From Candidatus Bathyarchaeota archaeon (GTDB lineage Archaea > Thermoproteota > Bathyarchaeia > Bathyarchaeales > Bathycorpusculaceae): a DNA stretch of 64,000 bases. The translations under genes were made by a program, and so were the position numbers. Below are positions 40,373 through 50,821 of the stretch, in pieces (position 1 is the first letter of the stretch; each line of letters begins with the position of its first letter). Under the pieces are notes generated by a model. It had not been told where the DNA came from and did no database searches. It saw nothing but the letters and a program-made list of their open reading frames with translations. The stretch covers positions 416,001 through 480,000 of the forward strand of contig CAWGYA010000008.1 of assembly GCA_963826715.1 (NCBI GenBank), written 5' to 3'.

Positions 40373-40585
40373 TTATCTCCCCTTGCTCACCTGATCAGGA
40401 TTACCCTTCTCAACCGCTTCATAGATTGCAACAAAGACTCCAAGTTCAGCGATGAAATGCAGAGCACGAATGGGTGGGTTCATCTGTACCTCTTCTCGTC
40501 TTCTGGCTGCATCTCTGGCAATTGCCAACAAAGAGCCTACTTCAGAGGTTTTGGCGTTTGGGATAATAACGAGAGCCTTAAGCAT
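40373..40585 (-). CDS. Hypothetical protein coupled to the integrase gene
   Basis: 70 aa; TAATG overlap with the upstream ORF and 3 nt from the integrase start. Confidence 0.5.
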   Translation of the reverse strand: MLKALVIIPNAKTSEVGSLLAIARDAARRREEVQMNPPIRALHFIAELGVFVAIYEAVEKGNPDQVSKGR

Positions 40586-41499
40586 TACAGAGTCACCTGA
40601 ACATCTTTATAGCTGGTCGAATCTTCAGCGGTCATTTTTTCGGCAAAAGCATTTGGGAGCGGTTTTCTGGGTTGTTCAATGACTTCTTTTCTGGCTCTAA
40701 ATTTATCCCCGTTTTTCTTAAGGTAAACCCGTATTAACGCACCTGTCCAGTTCCTGTAAGTAACATGGTAAGACTTTCCGCTAATCTCCTTCTTGCCATC
40801 CCGTCCAAAATGCCACTGCATAACAATCCAATTAGAGACATTTGGAACCACGCTTCGCTTAAACACAAAAGAAGAAGATTCAGCCGACGTCTCAAGAATT
40901 GCCGCAACCTTACCTAAAATAGCAGTGAAATCAACCAATCCCTCTGGAGTAACCTCGATAGGATGCATACTACACTTAACATAACAAGTAACCATCCCAG
41001 TCCGATGCAAAAACACGGTTATCCGTAAATTTCCAGGAATAGCAACATCAAGAAACTTGATGTCTTTAGATTGCTTATTACTTGGCATACCTTTAACCCG
41101 CATTTTCCAATAAAGTCCATCAACCCTAAAACAAAGACAAACATCATGAACCCTCCAAATCTCCTCCCAACCAAACGACTCAATATAACTCAAATAACTA
41201 AGCTGCATGATCTTCCGATTATGACGACCCCCCATATGGGTAATCGTCACTTTTCCTCCATCGCCGAGTTTCTCATTACTAGGTAAAATATAGTAAGCAT
41301 TTGAGCTTCGACAGCAGCGGTCAAGCAACTTTAGCTTAACTAAATGGGAAAAAGCGTTTCTGATAGTATTGTTATTGTATTTTGAGGCAAATTCAAGCCA
41401 GCAAAAGCATTCATATGGGTGTGTCTTTGCGTAGAGAAGGATAGTCTTCTCCACTGGCCTCAAATGGCAATGTAAACTGTCAGCGTCATTTTTTTCCAA
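40585..41499 (-). CDS. Hypothetical element core protein (N-terminal wHTH-like)
   Basis: 304 aa; NTIRNAFSHLVKLKLL helix-wing pattern; VHDVCLCF and WHFGRD motifs. Confidence 0.7.
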   Translation of the reverse strand: MEKNDADSLHCHLRPVEKTILLYAKTHPYECFCWLEFASKYNNNTIRNAFSHLVKLKLLDRCCRSSNAYYILPSNEKLGDGGKVTITHMGGRHNRKIMQLSYLSYIESFGWEEIWRVHDVCLCFRVDGLYWKMRVKGMPSNKQSKDIKFLDVAIPGNLRITVFLHRTGMVTCYVKCSMHPIEVTPEGLVDFTAILGKVAAILETSAESSSFVFKRSVVPNVSNWIVMQWHFGRDGKKEISGKSYHVTYRNWTGALIRVYLKKNGDKFRARKEVIEQPRKPLPNAFAEKMTAEDSTSYKDVQVTL

Positions 41500-41576
41500 G
41501 AGACTGTCACCAAGCTTTTATTATGTATCTACCTATAGTTGCAAAGTGAATTTCAGACTAACCTATGCGTGATTGA

Positions 41577-42215
41577 ATGGTCAACAACAAAGAAGTATGC
41601 GAACCTGCAAACTCTCAATATTACAAAGCAAGTGATACAAAGAGCTTAGGAGCAGACGCCAAAATAATCATCGCCTTACTGAAGCAACAACCCTTAAAGA
41701 GAGTAGAAATTTGCCAGAGAGCTAACATTAATGAGTCAACATTCAGTCGCTATAAACGCTTGTTGGTAAACCAAAAAATAATAAAAGAGTCAAATCAAGG
41801 GTTTAGCTTGTGGTTCTATATTGAATCGCCTACTTTATGGGATACAATGTATAGTGCACTTCAAAAGGAAGGGGGGAACCTCACTAGAGTAAAGTTAGAA
41901 AGGCTATTGAAAGACAGAAAAGCCTACGGAGCACACTTAGATGATGACTATGGTGAACACATTTCGATTGAGGGGGTAATTATTTTTAAAGGTGCGTCAA
42001 AACTAGAACAAGCTTTGTGTTCATGTCTTCCAAACAATTTTAGTTTTTATGGAATTAATACTTCAGGCGGATACTTTGTAACAACAGAATTAGTTAAGAA
42101 AGGCGACCGTTTAACGTTTAAGGATAGAATAGTTGAGGCAGATTGTGTTTCACAGTTTTTTGATGTAGAAACATTAAGCTTTTCTCTTGTGTTCCTCAAA
42201 AGACCTGATAATTAG
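41577..42215 (+). CDS. Winged-helix DNA-binding protein (putative element regulator)
   Basis: LKRVEICQRANINESTFSRYKRLLVNQKII HTH; divergent from the core operon. Confidence 0.7.
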   Translation: MVNNKEVCEPANSQYYKASDTKSLGADAKIIIALLKQQPLKRVEICQRANINESTFSRYKRLLVNQKIIKESNQGFSLWFYIESPTLWDTMYSALQKEGGNLTRVKLERLLKDRKAYGAHLDDDYGEHISIEGVIIFKGASKLEQALCSCLPNNFSFYGINTSGGYFVTTELVKKGDRLTFKDRIVEADCVSQFFDVETLSFSLVFLKRPDN

Positions 42216-42319
42216 GTCCTAGTTTGCTTAAACTCAAACTTTTTTCAAACCTGCTTCCATTATATCCATGAAGCTGTACAAGAGCTTTTGTAGGACGAAT
42301 GTAAAAGAAGCGACTGAAG

Positions 42320-43843
42320 CTATTCTTTTTTGAATAGCTCTTCAGTATTTATTTCCTGTAGCGTTTCTATTATTTTATTCTCAAGCTTCAGTATCTTCTG
42401 TTTGATAATCTCGGGCTCTTCATAGATTACTTCTTTGTACTCAAACTCACGATACTTTGAAATGCTAAGGTCAAAGTTGTTATCTTCAATCTCTTTAATT
42501 GGTACAAAGAAGCATTTGGCTTTTCTATCTTCAAATTTTTCCAAGTCCCTGCGGTCGAATTTGGTTATGATGTCTGTTATGTCGCCTTTGCCGTCGATGA
42601 ATGTTCTTTTATCATCTAGGCTGTAGCCATCTGAGGTCATGCCGTAGAACCAGACTTTCTTTGTTGGTTCGCCTTTAGTGAAGACTAACACCGCTGTGGA
42701 GACGCCTGCATACGGTTTAAAGACGCCTGAAGGCATAGAGACAACAGCGTCAAGCCGGCACTCTTTGAGCAGCTTTTGCCTGATCTGCTTATGAGCATTT
42801 GAATTGCCAAATAATACACCGTCTGGAACAATTACAGCACAAGTTCCGCCGTTAGCCATAATATTGAACATCAATTCCAAAAACAATATCTCAGTTTTAG
42901 TTGTAGTAATCGAGAACTCTCTGCTGATGTCTGATTTGTTTATGCTACCTTTAAAGGGTGGATTAGCTAGGACAATGTCGTAATGGTTCTTTTCTTGGTT
43001 GTACCGAGTTGACAGAGTGTTAAGTTGTTTTATGTTTGGTCGTTTAACGCCGTGCATCATCAAATTCATTAATGAAATTCTAACCATCGTAGAGTCAAAA
43101 TCGTACCCATGAAGCATTAGCTCTCTTAATTGGTTCCACTGCTTTTCATTGAGCTTGTCTCCGACAAAATTGTACTCGTTTCCTTGCTCGTCTACTTTGA
43201 TTAAGTCCTTTGAAGTATTAGTTTTAAGAATATGCTCATAGGCGTTAACCAGAAAGCCAGCCGTGCCGGAGGCGGGGTCACAGATTAAATCGCCAATTTT
43301 CGGGTTAGCCATGGCAACCATCATCTTAATAATATGCCGCGGTGTCCTGAATTGCCCGTTCTTTCCAGCAGTCTTTAGTTCTGAGAGCAGATACTCATAG
43401 AGGTCACCTTTGGCATCCCTATTCTGCTCTTTAATGTGCATTTCATCGATAATTTTGACAGCTTCGATGAGTAATGAGGGTGTTGGGATAGTGAAAACTG
43501 CATCTTTCATATACTGAGCATACAAAGAATCTTCACCGCCCAAGGTCCTAAGGAAAGGAAACACCTTGTCCCTAACATGCTCTAAAATCTGGTCGGCAGG
43601 AAGATTAGTCCACTTAGACCACTTATATTCAGGATGCTCCTCAAAGATTGAGGAATAACCATTACCGTTTAGTTGTGACTCTTGCTCCTGCTGAATGTCC
43701 TCATCTTCAAGTCTCTTCATAAAAATAAGATAAGACATCTGAGTAATGGCTACTAAAGGGTCAGAAATACCTCCGCTCCAAAACTTGTTCCAAAGTTGAT
43801 TTATTTTCGATTTAAGTTCTAAATCTAGCAAACTAATCACCAT
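42320..43843 (-). CDS. hsdM: Type I R-M methyltransferase subunit (N6-adenine)
   Basis: GQFRTPRHI, DPASGTAGFL, LANPPF, VPDGVLFG and GVFKPYAGVST. Confidence 0.96.
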   Translation of the reverse strand: MVISLLDLELKSKINQLWNKFWSGGISDPLVAITQMSYLIFMKRLEDEDIQQEQESQLNGNGYSSIFEEHPEYKWSKWTNLPADQILEHVRDKVFPFLRTLGGEDSLYAQYMKDAVFTIPTPSLLIEAVKIIDEMHIKEQNRDAKGDLYEYLLSELKTAGKNGQFRTPRHIIKMMVAMANPKIGDLICDPASGTAGFLVNAYEHILKTNTSKDLIKVDEQGNEYNFVGDKLNEKQWNQLRELMLHGYDFDSTMVRISLMNLMMHGVKRPNIKQLNTLSTRYNQEKNHYDIVLANPPFKGSINKSDISREFSITTTKTEILFLELMFNIMANGGTCAVIVPDGVLFGNSNAHKQIRQKLLKECRLDAVVSMPSGVFKPYAGVSTAVLVFTKGEPTKKVWFYGMTSDGYSLDDKRTFIDGKGDITDIITKFDRRDLEKFEDRKAKCFFVPIKEIEDNNFDLSISKYREFEYKEVIYEEPEIIKQKILKLENKIIETLQEINTEELFKKE

Positions 43844-45056
43844 TAAACGCTTTTTCGGTTAAAATGCTTGATAACTTGACAATCTCCAAGTTAGTGTCCA
43901 GTTGCATCTGCCGTAATTCTTTAATTTGGCGATAAATTTCTACGAATTTTTTCTGAAGGTTTATTGGTGGAATTGGTATCTCAAGCGTTTCCAGCACTTT
44001 CGTATTCATAAATGTATATGCCCCATCTGCACCAGTTTTTAATCGCCCTATTTTTCCTTTAAAGTACTCCATTAAACAAACAAAATATACTGGACTAAGG
44101 ATGGTTTTGTCCAGGGATAAACGAATAAGATTTGAACTTATTATTGACTCCTTAGCGGAAGTCTCAACTACGCACATTTTACCAACTGTTCCAGCGCGTG
44201 ATATTATAACGTCACCATTTTCTATTGCATAAGATTTTAAAGCGTTAAATTTTTGCTCTGTTACAAACAAGCATTTTCGTTCTAAGAAAGCCCCATTATG
44301 TATATTGTCCATGGTCCAAACTGGAATGCCTGATTTGACGTATTCAAATTTTTTGAGGGCGCTCCCGAATGGTCCGCACTTTAAACCGGATCTATTTTTC
44401 GAAAAAGCGGTTTTTAGCTTTGCAAAGTCAAAATTGTATGGGTTTTTTTTAGGTTCTCCAAACATTTTAATGAAAACATTTTGTAAATATTCTTCTGTTA
44501 ACTTATCCGCTTGTTTTCGCCGTTCCCTTAATTGCTCGACATTGTCAAGCATTGAAACAATTTTTTCTTGAGTGCTAATAGAAGGCAAAGGTACTTTTAA
44601 TTTTTGAAGATTTTTTTTACTAATTCGTTCTCTGGTAGTTCCAACTGAAAATTTTTTGGCTTGATTTTGAAGGGCTTCTGTATTTAGAAAGTAATTTAGG
44701 TATTTTACCTTTGCAAGGGTTGGGTCAGGCTTAATTATTGTTACATCTACAGCTGTAACGGTATCAAAATTAAGTTTTGGTAATATGCAAGACCTGCAGA
44801 TAGGCTCGGCCATTCGTGAAACTAGTAAATCTCCTTCCTCTAACCTAGTGCATTTAAGTTTTTTACATGTTTTTTCAGAGATAAACTTGAAATCTTTGTG
44901 TAAGAATTTTCCCTTACCGATATGCTTGAGTTGCACCACACCTATTTTGCCATTATCGGACATGTCCCGAGAGAGTATCCAATCGCCATCAAGAAAACCT
45001 ATGGTAGACTTGCCCATAACCTCGATAAAGGATCTGCAAGAATCTTTTATTTTCAT
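43833..45056 (-). CDS. hsdS: Type I R-M specificity subunit
   Basis: Two TRDs with conserved VPLPSISTQEKIV and IPIPPINLQKKF; GPFGS; FIKMFGEP. Confidence 0.93.
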   Translation of the reverse strand: MKIKDSCRSFIEVMGKSTIGFLDGDWILSRDMSDNGKIGVVQLKHIGKGKFLHKDFKFISEKTCKKLKCTRLEEGDLLVSRMAEPICRSCILPKLNFDTVTAVDVTIIKPDPTLAKVKYLNYFLNTEALQNQAKKFSVGTTRERISKKNLQKLKVPLPSISTQEKIVSMLDNVEQLRERRKQADKLTEEYLQNVFIKMFGEPKKNPYNFDFAKLKTAFSKNRSGLKCGPFGSALKKFEYVKSGIPVWTMDNIHNGAFLERKCLFVTEQKFNALKSYAIENGDVIISRAGTVGKMCVVETSAKESIISSNLIRLSLDKTILSPVYFVCLMEYFKGKIGRLKTGADGAYTFMNTKVLETLEIPIPPINLQKKFVEIYRQIKELRQMQLDTNLEIVKLSSILTEKAFNGD

Positions 45057-45451
45057 TTGCTTTCACCCTTTAGCAAGTAAGCGGGAATTGGAACTGAATC
45101 TTTTTTTTTGCTTTGGATATAGCTTGCCCTTTCTTCTAACACTGTGACAAGCGCTTTTTTTAGGTCTTCAAGATAGAGGGGAGAAATATTTTTCATGATA
45201 GTAGCGGTTGCACCTGAATCTATTTTAACTAACCAAGTAAAAGAATCCTGATCTTTATTATAATGAACAATGTTTTTTCCAGCGACATTAGTTGGTAAGT
45301 GGATTTTTGTCTCTTTGAGAATTAATTCTCTAAGAAGATTTGCAGGGCTAACACCTTTCTTTTCGCAATGAGTCCTAAACATCGTTAACTCGTCAACTGG
45401 CATTTTTGTGGACACAGTTCTATATTCCATGGCTAACTTGTATGCCGGCAA
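45053..45451 (-). CDS. Hypothetical protein with RHH-like N-terminus inside the hsd operon
   Basis: RTVSTKMP...FRTHCEKKGVSPANLLRELI; ATGA overlap with hsdS. Confidence 0.6.
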   Translation of the reverse strand: MPAYKLAMEYRTVSTKMPVDELTMFRTHCEKKGVSPANLLRELILKETKIHLPTNVAGKNIVHYNKDQDSFTWLVKIDSGATATIMKNISPLYLEDLKKALVTVLEERASYIQSKKKDSVPIPAYLLKGESK

Positions 45452-45489
45452 GGCTTAATAAGTATTTATGTAAACCTCAGTTTACCTTA

Positions 45490-48229
45490 TTATTTCATCT
45501 TTAATTGGTTGCATTTCTGAATGACAAGCTTAAGTTCGTCTATCTTGAATAAGTCAAGTGGGCGTTCATTGGACAAGGGTGGTTTTGCTAGATCAGCCAA
45601 CTCTATTCTCTTTCTTTCAGAGAAAACCTTCTTTAAAATTAATAGAAATTCGAGTTGTCTTGAATTATAACTGTTCTGTTTGACTATGTATTGGTCAAAT
45701 TCGTATTCGATTAGCTCCTTTGGGTCTTGTTTCTCGGTTAAGCCCATTATTCTGTGCAGGAAGGATATGAAGTCGGTTTTTTGGTATTTCTGCACGTTTT
45801 CAATAGTCAACTCTGGTTTTAGGGAGGACAACTCTAGTTCCAATTCACCTAGTTCGCTGGCGGTTATGCCTTCTCTACTTTGGATTTTTTGGGCAAGTGT
45901 ATTTGAATCAAGTAATTTCTTGATCGCTGGGTCCTCTTTTACTTCTTTAGCGTAGGTTTCTCTTAGTATCACAAAGTCTGGTTGGTCAACCTGAACCACT
46001 TTTTTTGGGGTAGGTTCGTAATACTTCATTAAAGGTGCTATCTGTACAACTAAAAACTCAACATCACTAAATGTTAGGTCTTCCCAAAAAGAATCGGCGA
46101 AGACTCGCAGGATATTGGGCAGGTTATTTTTTATTTCGGTGAGGGTGTCTCTTCTGCGTATGTTATCGGACATACCTTGAACGTAATCTCTGAGTTCAAA
46201 AATCAGGTCTTTTTTGCCTTCTAAGACATACCCGAACAGCTTTTCAACCCGCAAGATGAATGAAGCTACATTGGGGTTTTTGCCTTGGCTGAAAATCATG
46301 AGGGGGGCAATTTCTTTTTTTAACTCAGCGATGTATGTATCTAAATTGAAGACTTCACCTTTGATCTTTTCTAGGTACAGACAGTTTTTCTCGTAGAATA
46401 AAAGAGTCTTTGTCTAAATCATCAATGGAAGCGATAATTTTGCCAGCGATAATGGTTTTTTGTTCTTGATTGAGGGGTTGTTCTAAGAGTTTTACTCGGT
46501 TTTCAAAAATTCTGGTGATGACATCTTTGGTTGGTAAATGCTCTTTGGCTTGGCTGAATTGGTGGTAGATAACATTTGAGTGCCCACCTATTTTGAAGTC
46601 AAGAATTAAGAAGTTGCTTTTTTCTTGGTTTGGTAGCCATAGCGGATGTTTGCATGCTTCTCGGTTTCTTGTGCCGCGCCCCACCATTTGCCAGAATCGG
46701 ATATGTGAGAAAACGGGTTTAACAAAAACCAAGTTACAGACTTCGGGGACATCAACACCTGTATCGAGCATGCCAACGGATAGGGCGATTCTTGGCTCTG
46801 ATTGAAGACCAAACCGCTTAACCTCATCATCTGAGCGATACATCTCTGAAGTGATAACCTGTACATCGTTACTTAGAGTGGGAACAACTATTCCAAAAAT
46901 TCTTTTCAAGTGTTTTGCATGTCTTTGGCTGGCACAGAAAAAGATAGACTTGCAGGGTTTCCCATCATCAGAACGGTAACAACTCCGCAGAAACTCGCGG
47001 ACTATTACCTCATTGGTTTTGTCATCCATGAATACCCTGTCGAACTCTGAACCGGCAAACTCTGCCGTTTCAGGATTGACTTCTTGGCGTCGAAGTTGGT
47101 CTTTTAGCGCATCAGTTAGGGTTGAGCCTTTAATCCCTAAAGATAGCCGTTCTGTGTCAATTATTTCTGCCCTGTAAGGCACAAGAATAGTATCAACAAT
47201 AGCCTCGTCGTAAGAGTAATCTACCGTTGGCTTACCATGCTCGCAGTCGAATAAATCAAACGTATTCTTGGTTTCACATTCTCTAGGGGTTGCTGTTAGG
47301 CCTATCTTTATTGCATCAAAGAATCTATCGACAAAATGGTTCCTGTCGTAATATGACCTGTGGGCTTCATCAAAGACTATTAAGTCAAAAAAGCCTGGGC
47401 TAAACTTTTCTGCAAGCCGGGGTTTGCCGCTCATTAAAGTTTGAACAGTAGAAACATACAGCCGACCTGTCGTTGAAAAGCCATCACGCAAGTCAACTAC
47501 GGGCTCAGTGAAGAACTGCTCAAACCCACTAGACTTAACCTGATTAACAAGGGCTGTCCGGTCAGCAATAAACAAAGCATTTCTAACAATATTGGCGTTT
47601 ATCAAAACATCAATTATTGCCATGGCAACTCTGGTTTTCCCTGTACCGGTAGCCATTTGAACAAGCGCTTTTCGATGACCCTTAGAAAAATGCTCGCTTA
47701 GTTGCCGGACAATCTGAATACTTCTTGGTCGGCTGACTATATTTGAGTTAATTTTAACCTCGCAAGGGTTTCGTCTCTTACTGTAATTGTCGCCTCTTCT
47801 TTTGAGATCCTCTTGACTAAAGGGACCGCTAACTTTACGCTCTATACCATCCTCATCGACTAAGCACCAAACTTTGCCGTTGGTAAGAAAGAAAGGAATC
47901 CTTCTGCCGGTCTGGCGTTCAATATCTTTTGCGTAGCTGCGCGCTTGGATGCGCCCTTTTTCTTCATCTTTGGAGAATTTTTTTGCCTCAATAAGAGCTA
48001 AAACCGAATAGTCCTCATCAAGCAATAGATAATCAATAAAACGATCAACCCCTTTTTCAGGGTGCTTATCATAAAATACTAATCGTTTATTTACAAAATC
48101 CGACTTAACCGAATTGACCTCTGTCTTAACGTACTTTTCAATCCAGCCTCTTTTCTTTAGGGCGGGGTCAATGTATTTGGTTCTGGTTAATTTCTCATCG
48201 GAGGAATCAAACGCTTCTTCTTCTGTCAT
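45490..48229 (-). pseudogene. hsdR: Type I R-M restriction subunit (EcoEI-like), one frameshift near 46375
   Basis: D-x-IEAK nuclease, MATGTGKT, DEAHRS, GLTATP, MLDTGVDVP and QMVGRGTR. Removing one base near 46375 joins it to LEKIKGEVFNLDTYIAELKKEIAPLMIFSQG and the 45490-46299 ORF. Confidence 0.9.
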
Positions 48230-48357
48230 GTTGATAATTAATGCAGCGTAGTTTGCTTATAAAATCTACCAATCTGAATTACAAACAAGTTAGGCTTAAA
48301 TGGAATTAACTACAAGAAAGCCTTGCCAAAAATGGTTCTCTATTGACAGGTGAAATT

Positions 48358-48698
48358 ATGAGAGGGCTAAAAATCCAGAATGTGTGGATAAGAAAAATAT
48401 TATCCGGAGAAAAGTCTATGGAGGTTAGAAGTAGGCGCTATTATGTTCTGGGTCAGAAGATTGCGTTGGGGAACTCTGGAAATGGGTTAGTTGAAGGATA
48501 CGCCACTGTTAAGAAATAATTGAAATACCCTTCGAAAGAATTTCAAAGTATGAGAGTGAACATCTTGCGACTAAGTGGTTGTTAAAGCAATACCGTAATA
48601 AAGAAACTCTTTATGGTTATTGTTTAAGTTGTGTCAAAAAAAACTACAGGGTTTTTCCTTATCCAAAATCGGCGAGCATTTAGTTTACTTTAGAATAA
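48358..48698 (+). pseudogene. ASCH domain protein, disrupted
   Basis: MRGLKIQNVWIRKILSGEKSMEVRSR (GxKxxExR); frameshift near 48515 and a TAG at 48681. Confidence 0.7.
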
Positions 48699-48780
48699 GA
48701 GAAGGGTGAAGAAGAGCAGTTTTAAAGAATTAGGATCCAGTATACGTATCTGCTTTTTTCTAATTTTCTTTTATTCTGTT

Positions 48781-49840
48781 TTAAGCTGGTAACTCATGGA
48801 AAAATTGATCAAGTGTGGGTTGTTCTTTGCGAACTGGTTGCACAACATCTTTCAATCTCTCGACTAAAACATGATATTGTTGACTCCAAATTAGATCAAC
48901 AAAGAGCTGTATCATCTTTGCATATTTTCGTTCATTTCCCAGTTTTAGCGAGCTAAGATAGGTATCTCTGTCGACTCCGAGAAAGAGTAATCGAGGATAC
49001 CGCACTTCTTTAACATATAATTGAAAATTTCTCGGCCGACTCGTCCATTTCCATCGGTAAAAGGATGAACCATCTCAAAACCATAATGGAATAATACAGC
49101 CGCCTCAAAAGGATGAACGCCTTTGTCCAATCGATTGTAATATTCCGTAATTAGTTTTTGAAGCTCAGATTTGATTAGGATTGCAGGTGTTACAGGGAGG
49201 TCACATCCAGCTACCATAATGCTATCAATTCGTCTAAAAACTCCTGATGATTCATTGTCAATATTATTCATGATTAATGAATGAAGCGTCTTCAAGAAAT
49301 CCAAGGTTACCTTAGCTTTGCTGCTTTCTCTAAATTTGATGACTTTTTTAAAATTTTGAACCTCGTTAATCTCTCTCAGAGATTTCCCGGCAGGTGTAAT
49401 GTTGTTAACTCGAAGGTCAAACGCTTGATGGGACGAAATAGTGTTGCCTTCAATATTAGTTGTTCCCTGAATATAATTTATTTCAAAGGCTTGCTCATAA
49501 ACAGCTACTTCGCTTAATGTCAACAAGCTTATGAAAGTTCTGTAATAATGGCGTACTTTTTCAACGCTCCTTATGCCATCGCGACTAAGGTATTTTGACT
49601 TGTAAAAGCTACTGCTTAATTCAGCTCGCTTCTCACTGCCATTGCTTCGAGGTCATAGGCATATTTAATTCCTAATTGTATTTTTTCTTCTGCTGATGTT
49701 GGGGGAGCGCGACCAACGTAAATTCTAACTTTTGTTCGTCTGTTTTTGTATTTTACATCTTTTACTATGTAACTAATAGGTTTGTTATTGCGATAGGTAG
49801 TTTCTATCCTGTACTTTTTTTGTTTCCTTGCCGCTTGCAT
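48781..49840 (-). pseudogene. Fic family protein, split by two frameshifts
   Basis: HPFTDGNGRVGR and TTNIEGNTIS; three consecutive ORF pieces (49616-49840, 48945-49526, 48781-49005). Confidence 0.85.
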
Positions 49841-49974
49841 TGTGATTATGTATTGTTGACGCCCTATTTTAAGAATTATACAAAATGGGCGTCAACACGA
49901 GATTGTGAATAATAAATTATTTTCTTGAGAGCTTAACTTAATCCACCGTAAGATGACACGGCATCGTTTTGAAA

Positions 49975-50135
49975 ATGTACTGCATCGAAAGGTAATTTGT
50001 TTACGGCTTAGGCTACTTCTCAATTCATTTTTAATTCGTGTATTTCTCATCCTTTGCTTGCGTGTCCAAAGCGGGTTATTTTCCAGTTTTCCATGTTTCC
50101 ACAATGAAGCGGGCGTTGCTGGTTATTTGAAAAAT
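49975..50135 (-). pseudogene. Relic of the C-terminus of a second ABC-GNAT gene
   Basis: ITSN...GNMENWKITRFGHASKG/NTRIKNELRSSLSRKQIT matches LTSN...GNMKNWKVKRFGHASKG/NTRINNEIRSSLSRQRIT at 54219-54400. Confidence 0.8.
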
Positions 50136-50200
50136 TTAGCTATCTTTTGGGCGTAGCTAAAGCTTAAGAATACATTTACAGTTCCAATAACTAGGATAAT

Positions 50201-50536
50201 TTGAAGATTCCTGAGCTCTCCTCAATTAAAAGCATACCTGAGAAAACACTTGCAACTATCTGGAAGACTATTTCTGATAAGTCCCTGCCAGAAGCACACG
50301 CTTTTACCTTAAACGACAAAGACTTTGACTACATGCTAAATATTGTTCAGAAAAACCCCGGCGTTAAAGACTCAAGAGTCAGAGAATATGGGGTAGATTT
50401 TGATAATTCCTTAATTGAAGCCTTCTCGTTTAAGGCAGAAAACTATTTTGTAATTTTAATCAAGCAGTCTGCCCCGCTGCAAGAATTGTTAGAACACGAA
50501 TTAAAACACATTCTAGACGACGACTACAGCACATAG
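50201..50536 (+). CDS. Hypothetical protein with C-terminal HExxH motif
   Basis: LLEHELKHIL; 111 aa. Confidence 0.55.
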   Translation: MKIPELSSIKSIPEKTLATIWKTISDKSLPEAHAFTLNDKDFDYMLNIVQKNPGVKDSRVREYGVDFDNSLIEAFSFKAENYFVILIKQSAPLQELLEHELKHILDDDYST

Positions 50537-50549
50537 CACATTTCGGCTT

Positions 50550-50801
50550 TTATGGTGCTATTAGTTTTCTGGAGCACATAGGGCACTTTACAATGAGGTT
50601 GTTGAGGTCTTTTTCAGATTGTAAAATCATCAATTCGTTATAGCAGCTAAAACAGAAGTATATTTGGCATTTTGGACAATAATAGACGCCCCCACCCACC
50701 ATATGTCCGCAAACATCACAAAGTCTGGACGAAAAGAAAATCCATAAGACAACTTTAGACGACAATTCACAGATAAAGAAATCGGCTAAAATACAGCCCA
50801 T
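50550..50801 (-). CDS. Small 8-Cys RING-like zinc-finger protein (start uncertain)
   Basis: CDVC...CPKC...CFSC...CPMC. Confidence 0.6.
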   Translation of the reverse strand: MGCILADFFICELSSKVVLWIFFSSRLCDVCGHMVGGGVYYCPKCQIYFCFSCYNELMILQSEKDLNNLIVKCPMCSRKLIAP

Positions 50802-50821
50802 AGTAGCAGAGTATTAGCTAT

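Noticed and set aside
45490-46299. Separate 269-aa gene downstream of hsdR
   Set aside because: It is the C-terminal part of HsdR after a one-base frameshift.
49892-50156. ORFs 49892-50104 and 49953-50156 as genes
   Set aside because: Explained as a decayed ABC-GNAT tail.
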